From Vicugna vicugna (Eukaryota), in contig MU057930.1 of NCBI GenBank assembly GCA_013265495.1, forward strand, positions 319,599 to 383,598: a stretch of 64,000 nt of DNA, in the 5' to 3' direction. Made by a program: the position numbers and the translations under genes. Positions 35,701 through 46,124 of this stretch are shown piece by piece. Each line of letters begins with the position of its first letter. Position 1 is the first letter of the stretch. The notes under the pieces were generated by a model, which made no database searches, was not told the DNA's origin, and worked only from the letters and a program-made list of their open reading frames with translations.

Positions 35701-38700
35701 GGACTCAAACCATTCCCCTCATAGGGCTGTTGTGAAAATTAAAAGGAATAAATACCTAAGAAGCTAATGAGTACAATTTAAGAATCAGTCTTGAACACCT
35801 CGTGAAAAAGACTTGCTATTATCCTGGTCTTTAATGTCATGGATAACGTTATCCTTTTGCTTCCAAGAGTAATTGTTAGCACTTAACTTTAATATTTGGA
35901 TTTGACATACCATCACGATCGAGAATAAAGAGCCCATATTTTGGTTTCCACTTTCAAGTTTAAGAGATAGAAAAATCAGAATTAACAGAAAGCAACTTCA
36001 TGAATACAGGGTTATCTTCTACATTAAATTTTTTTTTAACTGAATTTCACCAGAAATGACTTTTGGGGAGAGGTTACTTTTGTCCAGTTTTTACAGCAAA
36101 CTTATTTCACTTTCTTACCTCTCCTTTACCTCTGCCTCAGGACATTTGCACATGCGGTTCTGTTTTTCTCAGCATGTTCTCCTTCTCACCCCGTCTCCTG
36201 CTCAGCTCTAAGACTTCATTTGAGATGTTACTCCTTCAGGAGTCCTTTCTCTCCCGACAAGGTCAATCTGACCTTGATAAACCTGCTTTTGATTCTCTGT
36301 CATTTTCGTTTACAGGATTTCTTGCAGATTGTCATTTTACAGTTGTTATTTGCAGAAAGTCCATCTCTGTCCTCTGACAGTAAGCTGCACACGGCAGGTC
36401 TCATGCTGGCAGCCCACTCTTCTTCTTCGTACCCAGCTCTCCGTGAATATCCTTTGAACGCATAGATAGGTGCCTCCGTTAACACAGGGATGACCTGGAC
36501 TTCCTGCAGAACGGGAAAGCTGGGACCAGAGACTCGGGAGCTGGGTCTGTGCTTTGCCAGCCTCCATCTCAGGTCAACTCGCTCAAAACCTCTGGGACTG
36601 TGGTTGGAGAATCTGCATTCACAGGGTGGAGACTCACTTAGGATGCTGGTCAGGCAGAGAAGCCCACATTAGGGGTCACCCCAGCTCACCACGCAATTTC
36701 TGCTGTGTGTTTGCAGCGAGGACACACAAATGTGTCCACATTCTCTATACTCTTTGGCTGACACTTGTACGTTATGTTGCTGGAACCTTTAGGTTTTACT
36801 GGAATCCAGGCTGGGGGCGCAGGCTTGGCCCCTGACCCTGAATTCCATCAGAGTGGGCCAGCTGCTGTAACAAACAGCCCCTAAATACGCAAGAGTCTGT
36901 ATCTTGTTTGTGTCCCACTCAGCCAAGGTGGCAAAGGTGTGCTCTGCTCCACATGGTCATCCCGGGATCCAGGAGCCTTCCATCGCTCTGCTCCGTCTGC
37001 TTCTAGGGAAGTCCTTGTCCTGGGTGGCTCCTTGAGAGAGAGTTAGGCTCCCAAGGAGGCCCTGAGATGGTCTGAGCTACGTACCGTCCTTGGGAGAGCC
37101 AAGAAGACAGTCGCTCAGATGGTTTTCTGCGGCATTTCATCGTCTTGTGGAATTCCCGCTGAAACTGGAAGAGGTTGTGGGCGGGACACCTTGCTCTTTA
37201 CCTGACCTGTGGGGACAGAGGGTAGGAAGAGTGTGCGTCACCTCACCACCCAGTCGGAGGGTGACTCTCGTCACATGTCCTCAGCATCCGGGGTGAGAAT
37301 TCATCCCGTGGTCTCGCTTAGATATGAGGAGCCTGGACACGAGTTGAATGTGAGCCCACGTCCGGGAAGCGGACACTAGTGACAGTGGGCACAGCGCCGG
37401 GCCACAGCCCTAGTCCTCGGCAAGCCGTATTTGCATCGTGGAGGCAAAACACCCCAAAACAACCCAGATAGGCTGTTTTCAATTATTTGCTTGTCCTAAC
37501 TGGATTTCACTTTTTTTTTTTCTTTATAACAGATGATAGGTTGGCCTGAAACTGAGACTTCCGCTGGAGTGATGTGTGACCCCTTGTCACCAGCCTCCCC
37601 TCAGTTCGCAGACCTCACAGAGACCCCGACCAGCTCGGTACACCCCGTCCTGTTTCTAAAGCACGCCCGTCTCTCTCCGTGTTGCGGGTTTCTCCGCATG
37701 CCTGTGTCCACTCTCACGACCGAAGGAGAAGGCCCCTGCATTCCTTCTCCGTCCCATCGCTTCCCTGAATGCTTTTTCCAGTTGGGTTGTGATGAGTCAG
37801 TTATTAGAGAAGAGACCTGGTTGTCACTTCAGATTCCTTCCCTCCTCCGTCACTGGAGTCTTGTGTTGGTCACCGGGTCATTCTCTTATATCTTGCTTTA
37901 GGAAGAATCAGAAAAGAAAAAAATGAAGCATCATCAAGCATATATCTGTCCCTTGACTTTCTTTTAGTTCATGGCACAACTTTGGACCCATGTTTCCAAT
38001 CAGTATTCAAGGATTATGATTTTCCCTTTTTTTCCCCCTGTAAATTGACCCTCATGAATCCAGGCTTTTGTTACCATATGTCCACAAAAGAGTCAACCCA
38101 GGCGGACTCTAACTCTCAATGAGAGACCGTCTGAGTTCAATGCTTCCGTAGACATCAGGGATAAACTAACTGAACCCCTCTCTGACAAGGTGACTTAGGT
38201 ACCTTGCATAAGAACTGTTGGCCTCTCATCTCGGGCAGGAAAGGCTGGGCGGCCGGGGAAGAGGGAGGAGTGCTGGAACGTACTCAGTGGGCTGCTGAGT
38301 TAGCACCAGCCATTCCTTCCACCGTGTTTTCCGCCGGGGAAAGAGTTCTCTGTCATTTTGGGTAAGACTGCCATTCTCTGAAGCCCACTGCAGACTAACG
38401 ATGGAATGGTTGTCTTTCTAGGCGCCCGTGGATAAAGCAGAAGGTGGCCCACGTGAGGAGCCCTTGGAAGCAAGCCCAGAACACCCTGTGGATGCCACCA
38501 GGGACCCCAGTCCTCCGGACGCTTTGGAGGTGGTGTCCGAACCGTTTGCCTCATCCAGCCCTCTTGCATGCTCTCTGATATCCCTGGGGCTGGCTGTACC
38601 GCGCACCGGCCGTTACCTCCAATTCCAGCCTCACATGATGCGACGAGAGGCCGTCTGCCTCTCCTGCTGCCTTAGGTCCACCCGTCTTGTCTCTGCTGTT

Positions 38701-41275
38701 TGCCTTGGGTGGTTGGTCCACTTTTTTCCCCCGCTGTCCTCAGCTCTGATACTCATGGCCCCTTCTCTCTTGCAAAGCTGATCTGCAAACAGTAATTCAA
38801 GCTGAGAGGCTGTGCGATGTTTTCTTGCAGCGTGAGCTTGGACGCTAGTGCACGGCGGGTCTAAAAAGAAGACCCTAATAGCTGGGAAACCTGGGGGGCC
38901 GGGGAACGCTTTGATCCAAATCGAGCATGCAGTGGTTTCCTGTTGAAGGAAAGGAGAGACGCATTCTTCTGACGCTTCCTCGTAACAGATACTCTGCTCT
39001 TAAACTTCAGACTCTCCGGTGATGCAGCTAATGAAGGCGATGGCTAATGTATTTTCTCTCACAATGATCTAATGACACCTTTTGATCTTTCCTAGCAAAA
39101 ATACCTCTAGAGCTGAGTGTGGGGGCTTATGATGAAACTTACTGTTGATTTTTTGTATTGTGTCTGTTTTTAAGTCTAATTTTTTTTTCATTGACGTGTA
39201 CTCAGTTTACAATGTTAGTTTCTGGTGTCCAGCAGAGAGATTCAGTTATCTATATCCAGACAGACATATATATTTTTTCAGTTTCTTTCCCATTACGGCT
39301 CATGACAAGAAATTGAATGCTGACTTGTGTCTTAGTCAGTGCGGGTTGCTGTAACAAAAATAGCATAGTCTGGATGAACAGGAGACACATTATTTCTCAT
39401 AGTTCTGGAGGCTGGACGTCCGAGATCCCTTTCTCACCCATCCAGCATCTGGGTGGGACCTGTTTCAGCTTCACGGCACTCTTCTGTCTCTCTCTCTATA
39501 TATATAATTATAAATGTAATATATTATTAATTATAAATATAATTGATTATTAATAATACACATTACATTATAAATTATATTATATATTATTATAAATATA
39601 AATTATAACTATTATGTATTAGTATAAATATAATAAATTATAACTATATTATATATTATAAATATATACTGTTATAAATACATATATTAATTATAAATAA
39701 TATATTGTATATTATTAGTTATAAATGTATTACATATTGTTAATTGTAACTACTAGTGTATATTATTATAAATACAATATATATTATTAGTTATAAATAA
39801 TACATATTATACTATTATAAATAATATATATTATTAATTATAAATATACTATATATTATATATTAATTATAAATACATTATATATTATTAATTATAATAT
39901 ATATGATTATTATCACCACATGCATATTTTTTAAAATTCTTTTTCTAATTTTTGGTAAAGAATGTTAAAGCAAATGTCTCTTTTATTTTTGTCTGTCTGT
40001 TTCAGTGCCAACCAAAAGTCAGGTGTGTGTGTGTGTGCGTTTACATGTTTGTATATTTATATATTCTCTTATACGTATTCCCTAAGAGGATGGAAATCCT
40101 CCCGTGGCAAGGGGAAAATAAAATATATTGAAACTGTGATTTCAAGTGGTCTTGGCAGGCAGTCCAGAACATCCTAGGCTTTTTTTACGTGAGGAGAATG
40201 TTCTCTTTGTTTCACATATTTGGCTCACCTACGGCGAGACAGAGAGCTTTTGTGGGTGGGTGGGACTGTTAAGTCGATCGTGTAAGTATGTGTGTGAAAT
40301 GGCCAGATGTTAAAACACATCTCAGGGACTAGTGGCCACAGGTACAACTGTAATTTATAAAATGTCAAAAAATCTCAGGCCAGAGAAGCATCTTCTCGTC
40401 GGAAGGTTCTATTCGATTCAGCGTGTGTTTCATTCAAAAGCAAAGTTCTAACAGTTGGCATTGTCCCCCTGAGGAGTGAGGTTCATGTGTAGAACAGATT
40501 GCTGAGCCGGGTGGGTGCCCGGGCTGGCTTTCAACGTTTGATGATAATGTCTTCTTCTTTTTTTTTTTTTTTCAATTGAGGTAGAGTCAGTTTACAGTGT
40601 AATGTCAGTTTCCGGTGCACAGCATCATGTTTCAGTCACACACATACATACAGACATTCCTTTTCATATTCTTTTTCATTATAAGTTACTACAAGATATT
40701 GATTATAGTTCCCTGTGCTGTACAGAAGGACCTTGTTGTTTATCTGTTTTATATACGGTAGTTAGTATCTGCAAATCTTGAATTCCCAATTTATCCCTTC
40801 CCAGCCCTTTTCCCCTCTAGTAACCATAAGTCTGTATTTGATGTCTGTGAGTCTGTTTCTGTTTTGTAAATACATTTCTGTTTTTTTTAAGATTCCACAT
40901 AAGAGAAATTATATGATATTTGTCTTTCTCTGTTATGATTTACTTCACTTAGTATGATAACCTCCAGGTCTGTCCATGTTGCTGCAGATGGCAATAGTCC
41001 ATTCTTTTTTATGACTGAGTAGTATTCCATTGTATACATATACCACAACTTCTTTATCCAGTCCTCTGTGACGACAATTTCTAAAACTATCTCTGTGGAC
41101 TTGTCTCCCCTAGGTGGACCTGGCCATCTCTGTGTCCGAGATTTCCATTGAAGAAAAAGTCAAGGTGCTTAGTCCCGAGGAACAGCGGAGGAAGTGGGAG
41201 GAGGGACGTATCGATTACATGGGGAAGGACGCCTTTGCCCGCATTCAGGAGAAGCTGGACCGCTTTTTGCAGTGA
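14639..41275 (+). CDS. GYG2: Glycogenin-2, full spliced CDS: join(14639-14645,19230-19371,24244-24418,25429-25591,27067-27193,29133-29355,31101-31307,37533-37637,38422-38529,41114-41275); 1419 nt, 472 aa
   Basis: All introns are GT-AG, phases are consistent and there is no internal stop. GT8 glycogenin domain ([48 protein letters not shown]), the long acidic linker typical of GYG2 rather than GYG1, and the C-terminal glycogen-synthase-binding tail [22 protein letters not shown]. Confidence 0.96.
16800..17155. mobile_element. MaLR (MLT1-like) LTR
   Basis: tcctggaggctgggatctgaggtcagggtgtgagcagggc...gacctcattttaactt...gaggtcctgggggttagg. Confidence 0.75.
17585..17876. repeat. (GATA/GGAT)n compound tetranucleotide tract
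   Basis: Directly visible. Confidence 0.95.
19230..19371 (+). CDS. GYG2: GYG2 coding exon 2 ([48 protein letters not shown])
   Basis: cgcag| acceptor, AG|gtgag donor, 142 nt, glycogenin N-terminal motif. Confidence 0.96.
19854..20000 (+). mobile_element. tRNA-derived SINE (Vic-1-like), full length, with a possible target-site duplication
   Basis: gggtatagcttagtggtagag (A box) ... gggttcaatcccc (B box), A-rich tail; flanked by aaaaacaaaggctgg / aaaaagagaggctgg. Confidence 0.85.
20110..20990 (+). mobile_element. LINE-1 3' fragment with internal (TA)n(TG)n and an inverted piece
   Basis: ORF 20267-20506 resembles the L1 ORF2 end; ends in cttcaattaaaaaaaaaa. Confidence 0.9.
22410..23120 (-). 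mobile_element. LINE-1 3' fragment
   Basis: Same L1 3'UTR motifs. Confidence 0.88.
24244..24418 (+). CDS. GYG2: GYG2 coding exon 3, with the DXD metal-binding motif (DAD at 24404-24412)
   Basis: ttccag| acceptor, CTG|gtgagt donor, 175 nt; [15 protein letters not shown]...[23 protein letters not shown]. Confidence 0.97.
25429..25591 (+). CDS. GYG2: GYG2 coding exon 4 ([33 protein letters not shown]...HGSFD)
   Basis: ccccag| acceptor, G|gtaggt donor, 163 nt; conserved [16 protein letters not shown] motif. Confidence 0.97.
26115..26815 (+). mobile_element. LINE-1 3' fragment
   Basis: ORF 26115-26498 is L1 ORF2 C-terminal-like ([12 protein letters not shown]...[16 protein letters not shown]). 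Confidence 0.9.
26938..27058. repeat. 41-bp minisatellite, 3 copies
   Basis: ctgcaccattctttattaacttct(c/t)ggctgtttgtta-type unit starting at 26938, 26979 and 27020. Confidence 0.95.
27067..27193 (+). CDS. GYG2: GYG2 coding exon 5, with the autoglucosylation Tyr (Y197, codon 27168-27170)
   Basis: ctttag| acceptor, CA|gtaagt donor, 127 nt; [43 protein letters not shown]. Confidence 0.97.
27368..28111. mobile_element. hAT-Charlie-like non-autonomous DNA transposon with an internal AT-rich tandem array
   Basis: Ends cagtggttcccaaa ... tgagccccactg resemble hAT terminal inverted repeats; about 5 degenerate 55-65-bp units at 27645-27920. Confidence 0.65.
28185..28495 (-). mobile_element. LINE-1 3' end fragment
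   Basis: Closely similar to 5665-6000. Confidence 0.85.
29133..29355 (+). CDS. GYG2: GYG2 coding exon 6 ([19 protein letters not shown]...SPGHT)
   Basis: ttctcag| acceptor, ACG|gtaagg donor, 223 nt; KVVHFLG-KPW glycogenin motif. Confidence 0.97.
29930..30440 (-). mobile_element. LINE-1 3'UTR fragment
   Basis: Same L1 motifs. Confidence 0.85.
31101..31307 (+). CDS. GYG2: GYG2 coding exon 7, linker ([13 protein letters not shown]...HHLED)
   Basis: ttttgtgcag| acceptor, GAT|gtaagt donor, 207 nt in frame; resembles the recalled human GYG2 linker (GVPCANSP...SNQP). Confidence 0.88.
31478..31615 (+). mobile_element. tRNA-derived SINE (Vic-1-like)
   Basis: ggatgtagctcaaatggtagagcacgtgcttagcatgcacgtggtcctgggttcagtcccc plus A-rich tail. 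Confidence 0.85.
31770..31922 (+). mobile_element. tRNA-derived SINE (Vic-1-like)
   Basis: cagctcaggggtatag...gcatgcacaaggtcctgggctcaatccccagtacctcc plus tail. Confidence 0.8.
32388..33105 (-). mobile_element. LINE-1 3' fragment
   Basis: Same L1 motifs, extending into the ORF2 end. Confidence 0.88.
37533..37637 (+). CDS. GYG2: GYG2 coding exon 8 ([35 protein letters not shown])
   Basis: Long T tract plus aacag| acceptor, TCG|gtacac donor, 105 nt; similar to recalled human MIACPETETPAVITCDPLSQPSPQPADFTET. Confidence 0.85.
38422..38529 (+). CDS. GYG2: GYG2 coding exon 9 ([36 protein letters not shown])
   Basis: tctttctag| acceptor, weak GAG|gtggtg donor, 108 nt; similar to recalled human ...EALRDPSLQDALE. 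Confidence 0.8.
39498..39912. repeat. AT-rich low-complexity / degenerate (TATTA, TATAAA) tandem tract
   Basis: Directly visible; almost entirely A/T. Confidence 0.95.
40555..41070 (-). mobile_element. LINE-1 3'UTR fragment just upstream of the last GYG2 exon
   Basis: Poly-T start and the same L1 motifs; ends about 45 nt before the acceptor. Confidence 0.88.
41114..41275 (+). CDS. GYG2: GYG2 terminal coding exon ([17 protein letters not shown]...[26 protein letters not shown])
   Basis: cccctag| acceptor, TGA at 41273-41275; conserved glycogenin C-terminal glycogen-synthase-binding motif. Confidence 0.97.
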   Translation: MDLAISVSEISIEEKVKVLSPEEQRRKWEEGRIDYMGKDAFARIQEKLDRFLQ

Positions 41276-41521
41276 GGTGGTATGTGGTCACACCATGTTC
41301 TGTTGCATGGTCCTGTTCCGTAAACACCTCAAGCCCTTCCAAAGGGAAAGGCTCTCCAACAATGTGCCTCTATTGACGGTTGACCAACTTGAGTGCCTCA
41401 CCTATATAACATGGTCCATCAGGAACCCAGCTTGAAGTCCCATGGGATCCCAGCCACCCGTGTCTCCTGGCTTCCCTGGGAAGTCTCTTTTCTTTACACT
41501 TTGTCCGCAGAAGGGAGCAGA

Positions 41522-41527
41522 AATAAA
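41522..41527 (+). terminator. Candidate GYG2 polyadenylation signal AATAAA
   Basis: First AATAAA I see downstream of the stop (about 250 nt). Actual use is unknown. Confidence 0.4.
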
Positions 41528-43172
41528 CCTCTGGTCGACTGCAGGTAAAGGTCTCTGGTCTTGCTCGAAGGAGCTCAGGGATGCTTCCTGCGACAGAGTC
41601 TACAATATGTATCCTGTGGAGGGTTAGATGTCTCTGCAGAACGTATGTCCCAAAGCTCATAGCACTCGTCTATGCATTTAGTCCCCTGGGAACCGTCCAG
41701 AATGAAATGTTCTTTCCTTTAAGACTAAGTAGATGTTCGGCCATCTTGAGCGTGACTCTGGTTTGGACTTTGCAGTGCGTGGCGGAGAAGCACCACGGCT
41801 GTGGTTTCTCTTCCACATAACGCAGCAGTGATGGACTGCCCCTTTTGGACCTGTCAGAGGTGTTTGGAAGGAAGATTCTAACTGACCTGGGAGAGGTAAC
41901 CTCTTCAGAACTGGTTTACCTGCTGGTTTAGAAGAACCAAGGGTTGATGGTGAGTGATGTCTGGTGACCACGTGCTCATGGTCACAGGATCTGAGAGGCT
42001 CCTTGTCTAGCGGCAGCTCCATTCGAGGTCCAGGACTCGGGACTGCCCTTTGCTGGGTCTCGCTACCTCACTTCAAGATAACAGATGGAGTGACTGCGTT
42101 CCCCCAAGCCATTTCAACTCAGTTATTTCAGGACAGTTCTCAATTTGTGACTCTGGACGCTTTATTCCAGGAGAAGGCCTCAGCTTCAGACGTACCCCAG
42201 GTCTGTGAGTTAACGCAGTATGGTGGAACCGCTCACGGGGTCTCCCTGTGCATGGCCGCCACAAGGATGATTAAAGACAGATGTCTGTTGCTGTACTGAA
42301 GACAAGAAATGCGGCTTGGAAACGTTTGGATGGTTTATTGATCATAGATGTCCTGTTGAAACTCATGAGTGGACACAGGTTTTGAAGAAGGGGAGAGGGC
42401 TGTGTTTAAGTTTCATTCAGCATGTCTGCTCCCACTGTTTATCCCTGAGCGGTTTAGCCCTCTGGGTCAGGGGATCTGGGTGAACTTAGGACGTCACTTG
42501 TGGCCTTAGCTTGTGCGAAGTGTGAGCGACCGGGGAGGTTTTTGTCTCTGAGTGTGTGGGTGCTTAACGATCTACAGTCATGCTTGGTTTCGCACACAGG
42601 ATGCTTCAGGGTCTAACTGGAAATAGCCATAGGGACATAGCCTTCGGCAGGTTGATGAGATGGTCACCAGCCATCAGGGTAATCCCGTACACTGGTTCTG
42701 GGGAAAGAACATTGGTGCTGTGTGCCATGGGGTTGACTGTGAGCAACAAGCTGAGTCTGACATCCACAACTGGTGGTGAGCAGCTGAGCCTGCTCCAGCT
42801 CCTCTGGAGAAGAGGGTTCATGCGCATGGGTGGTGGCTCATTGGCCGAAGGTGTACACTCAACACGGACTTCTGTCTTGCATCTACGGTTCATCCCCATG
42901 TTGGGACAAGGGCTCGCACATTGCAAGTAAAATTTTAGAACAGCAATGGGGTCTCCTTCTGGTGTGTGTTTGCATGTGTTCTGAGCCATCAGAATAATAT
43001 TTATGTAAATGTGGCTGCCTTCGTCCTGCAGTAAATTCAAATGGCCCAGTGGGTTTTTCAGAATTGATAGTAGCAGTAAAGTGAGGAGAACTATTTATTT
43101 CGTACCCTCGGAAAGCTCATAAGGTCTTTCTAGGGAAGCTGCCCATTTTCCTAGCATTGGCTTCTCAGTTTC

Positions 43173-43562
43173 ACCATCCACCCACCCATCCACCCATCCA
43201 TCCATCCATTCACCCATCCACTCGTCCATCCATCCATCCATTCATTCATCCACCCATCCATCTACCGACCTATCCATCCACTCATCCATCCCTCCATGCA
43301 TTCACCCATCCATCCATTATCCACCCACCCATCCACCTATCCATCCATCCACCCACCCACCCATGCATCCATCATCCATCCATTCATCCACCCATCCATC
43401 TGTCCACCCATCCAGCCACCCACCCACCTATCCATCCACTCATCCATCATCCCTCCATCCATTCACCCATCCATCCACTCATACATCCATCCACCCACCC
43501 ACCCATCCATCCATCATCCATCCATTCATCCACCCATCCTTCCATCCATCTACCCATCCACA
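43173..43562. repeat. (CCAT/CCAC)n tetranucleotide tract
   Basis: Directly visible. Confidence 0.95.
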
Positions 43563-44359
43563 TGGTTGTTGAGTTCTCTCTAAATGGCAGTCAGTGTGAC
43601 ATGTCCTCAGTCAGTATATGGAAACATAGGAGAACCTTCAAGAACATTTTAAGGACTTCTAAATAGCACCCCTCAAAAAGGTATAATCCTGTTATTTCCT
43701 GCAGAATCCCAGTCCCAGAACCCATGCTGTGTAATGAGTACAGAATTATGTAAGTCGAATCCCCGAGAGATGTGATTCAATCTATACTATCACTAATGTT
43801 TTGGTACACAGAAAGCAGTTTTTTTTTTAATTTAATTGTTCTAGAAATAGTATCCAGTTATTCTTGGCCAGGATGAGATGGCATGGGGAGAAAACGCATT
43901 TCCGTATGTGCTGACGCAGTCAGGTGGATTAAGACGTGTAGATTTAGATGAGTGCAATACGACATTTTTGTTCCTCCTAGTTGCTTGGTCTGAACCCGCT
44001 GACACCGCCGCCGTCTGGGGCTTGAATGCCCATGGGTTGTCCCAGTGCTAACGAGTTTTCGTTTGGAATTGCCAACTCGTTGGAGGAAAATGGAGTTTCC
44101 TGTAGCTATGACACCTAACTTGGGAAAGGTAGATCAGTTCTCCTTTCTGAGTTCCTAGCTCTCTATTCTCTAGCACACAGTGCAATTTGTTCTTAGTGTC
44201 TTACGCTTGGAAACTGGATGTTTCATACACCAAGTCTTCCCAACACTCAGAAACAAAACTGGAATATTTTCTTGGCACAGACCACATCTGTTGAAAGACT
44301 TCGCTGCAGCGTCAAATTAGACCTAGGACGTGAAATATATTTTGCAGATAAAACACATC

Positions 44360-44935
44360 CTCTTTTTCTTTTTTTAAATTGAAGTACAGTGAGTTACAGT
44401 GTGTCAATTTTTGGCGCACAGTGTCCCAGTCGTGCATATACATACATATATTTGTTTTCATCTTCTTTTTCATTAAAAGTTACTATAAGATATTGAATAT
44501 CGTTCCCTGTGCTGTGCAGAACAACTTTGTTTTTTAATCTGTTTTTATATAGAGTGGCTAACATTTGCAAATCTCAACTCCCAAATTTATCCCTTCCCAC
44601 CCCCTTTCCACTGGTAAACATGATTGTTCACTATGTCTGCACGTCTGTTTCTGTTTTGTAGATGAGTTTATAATGCCCCATTTTTTAAGATTCCACGTAT
44701 AAGTGATATTATGTGATATTTGTCTTTCTGTGTCTGACTGACTTCACTTAGTATGACGATCTCCAGGTCCATCCATGTTGCTGCAAATGGCATGATTTCA
44801 CTCTTTTTTACGGCTGAGTAGTATTCCATTGTATAAATGTAACAATGTCTTTATCCAGTCATCTGTGGATGGACATTTAGGTTGTTTCCCCGTCCTGGCT
44901 ATTGTAAATAGTGCTGCTGTGAATATTGGGGTGTT
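44360..44935 (-). mobile_element. LINE-1 3'UTR fragment
   Basis: Same L1 motifs. Confidence 0.88.
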
Positions 44936-46124
44936 TGTAGCAGAAACACATCTTCTTTTAAGTTTAGGAGCCAAAAAATATACCAGTGGTATCTTGAAGA
45001 CAGCACCGACTGTTAACCATGATGATGAACAGAAAGAATCAGTATGTTTAATATAATCAGATCATCTGGGGACACACTATAGACCCCTCTGAAATATTTG
45101 AGGCTCCCCCGACATTTCCGGGTTACACAAGAGTTTACTTCCCCACGGAAGTTCAGTACCATCTCATCAGCAAGAGACTCTTTGCCCGGCGGGATGTACC
45201 CCATCAGCTCTTTCTTGGATTCCTCCCTTCCTTACTGGCTCCTGTCCCGACGCAGCCCTCGTGACTGGGTTTCCCTGGCCTCCATCCAAGGAGAACACAG
45301 ACGTTCAATTTGTTTTTGCATTCGAGTGGGTTTCTTCCGCGGTTGTGGTCGGAGTGAAGGAACAAAGGCTTCCCAGAATTTAGAGCAGAGAGTCTGCAGA
45401 GCGTCTGGAAAGAGCCAGGCTAGTTTGTGGGTGTTCTTTTCGGGTGGGGGGCGGGGAGCTGGTTATGGGTGGCTGGTAAAGAAGCCCGCTGGGGCATCGC
45501 GTCCTTGAATAGACCTTACAGGGTATCACAGACACCAGGTCTCCTGCTTAGGGAGTCTCTGGTGGCTTTGTGAGTCTGGCAGGGGGGCGGTCCTGCAAGC
45601 AGTCTCGGAGGGCTGGCTGCTGCCTGTGGTCCCCTGTCAGCACCGCACCGGCGTCTCCATCCTTGCTTTCCTTTCCCGCGGCTGGCACCTTCCCCCCCGA
45701 GCTGATGTCCGCTTGGTGTCTCTCCTTGGCACCCTACAGGGAGGCGTCCCCTGCTTCCCCACCTACCATCTGTCCCTTTTAGTCGGGCAGGCTGACCTCT
45801 GACACGGGCGGACTGGAACACTGGATATTCTCAGTGTGGTGAGGAAGCATTCGGGGTTTCCTCGCCGATGGCACAGGGTCCTGTCTCCCAGTCGGGCGTC
45901 TGTGTTCTGGCCACCAGAACTCGCCCAGATGGCGTCAGCAGGATGAAGAATGTGTGGTGAGCCCACGTCTGCGGCCATCCAGAGATAAAGGGGCAGCTGA
46001 GGAGCTGGTGTGGGGAAGAGGCAAGACCTGGAACTGCGTGTGGGAGGCACGGGGCGGTTTTCTCTGCCCCACCCAATCTGGACCAGGTGCCCTTTGGTGC
46101 CCTTCGGCTCCAGAAGGCAGAATA

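Noticed and set aside
14639..41275. Alternative identity as GYG1 or a GYG2 pseudogene
   Set aside because: Long three-exon linker, GYG2-type C-terminus, intact frame and splice sites, and XG/ARSD neighbours.
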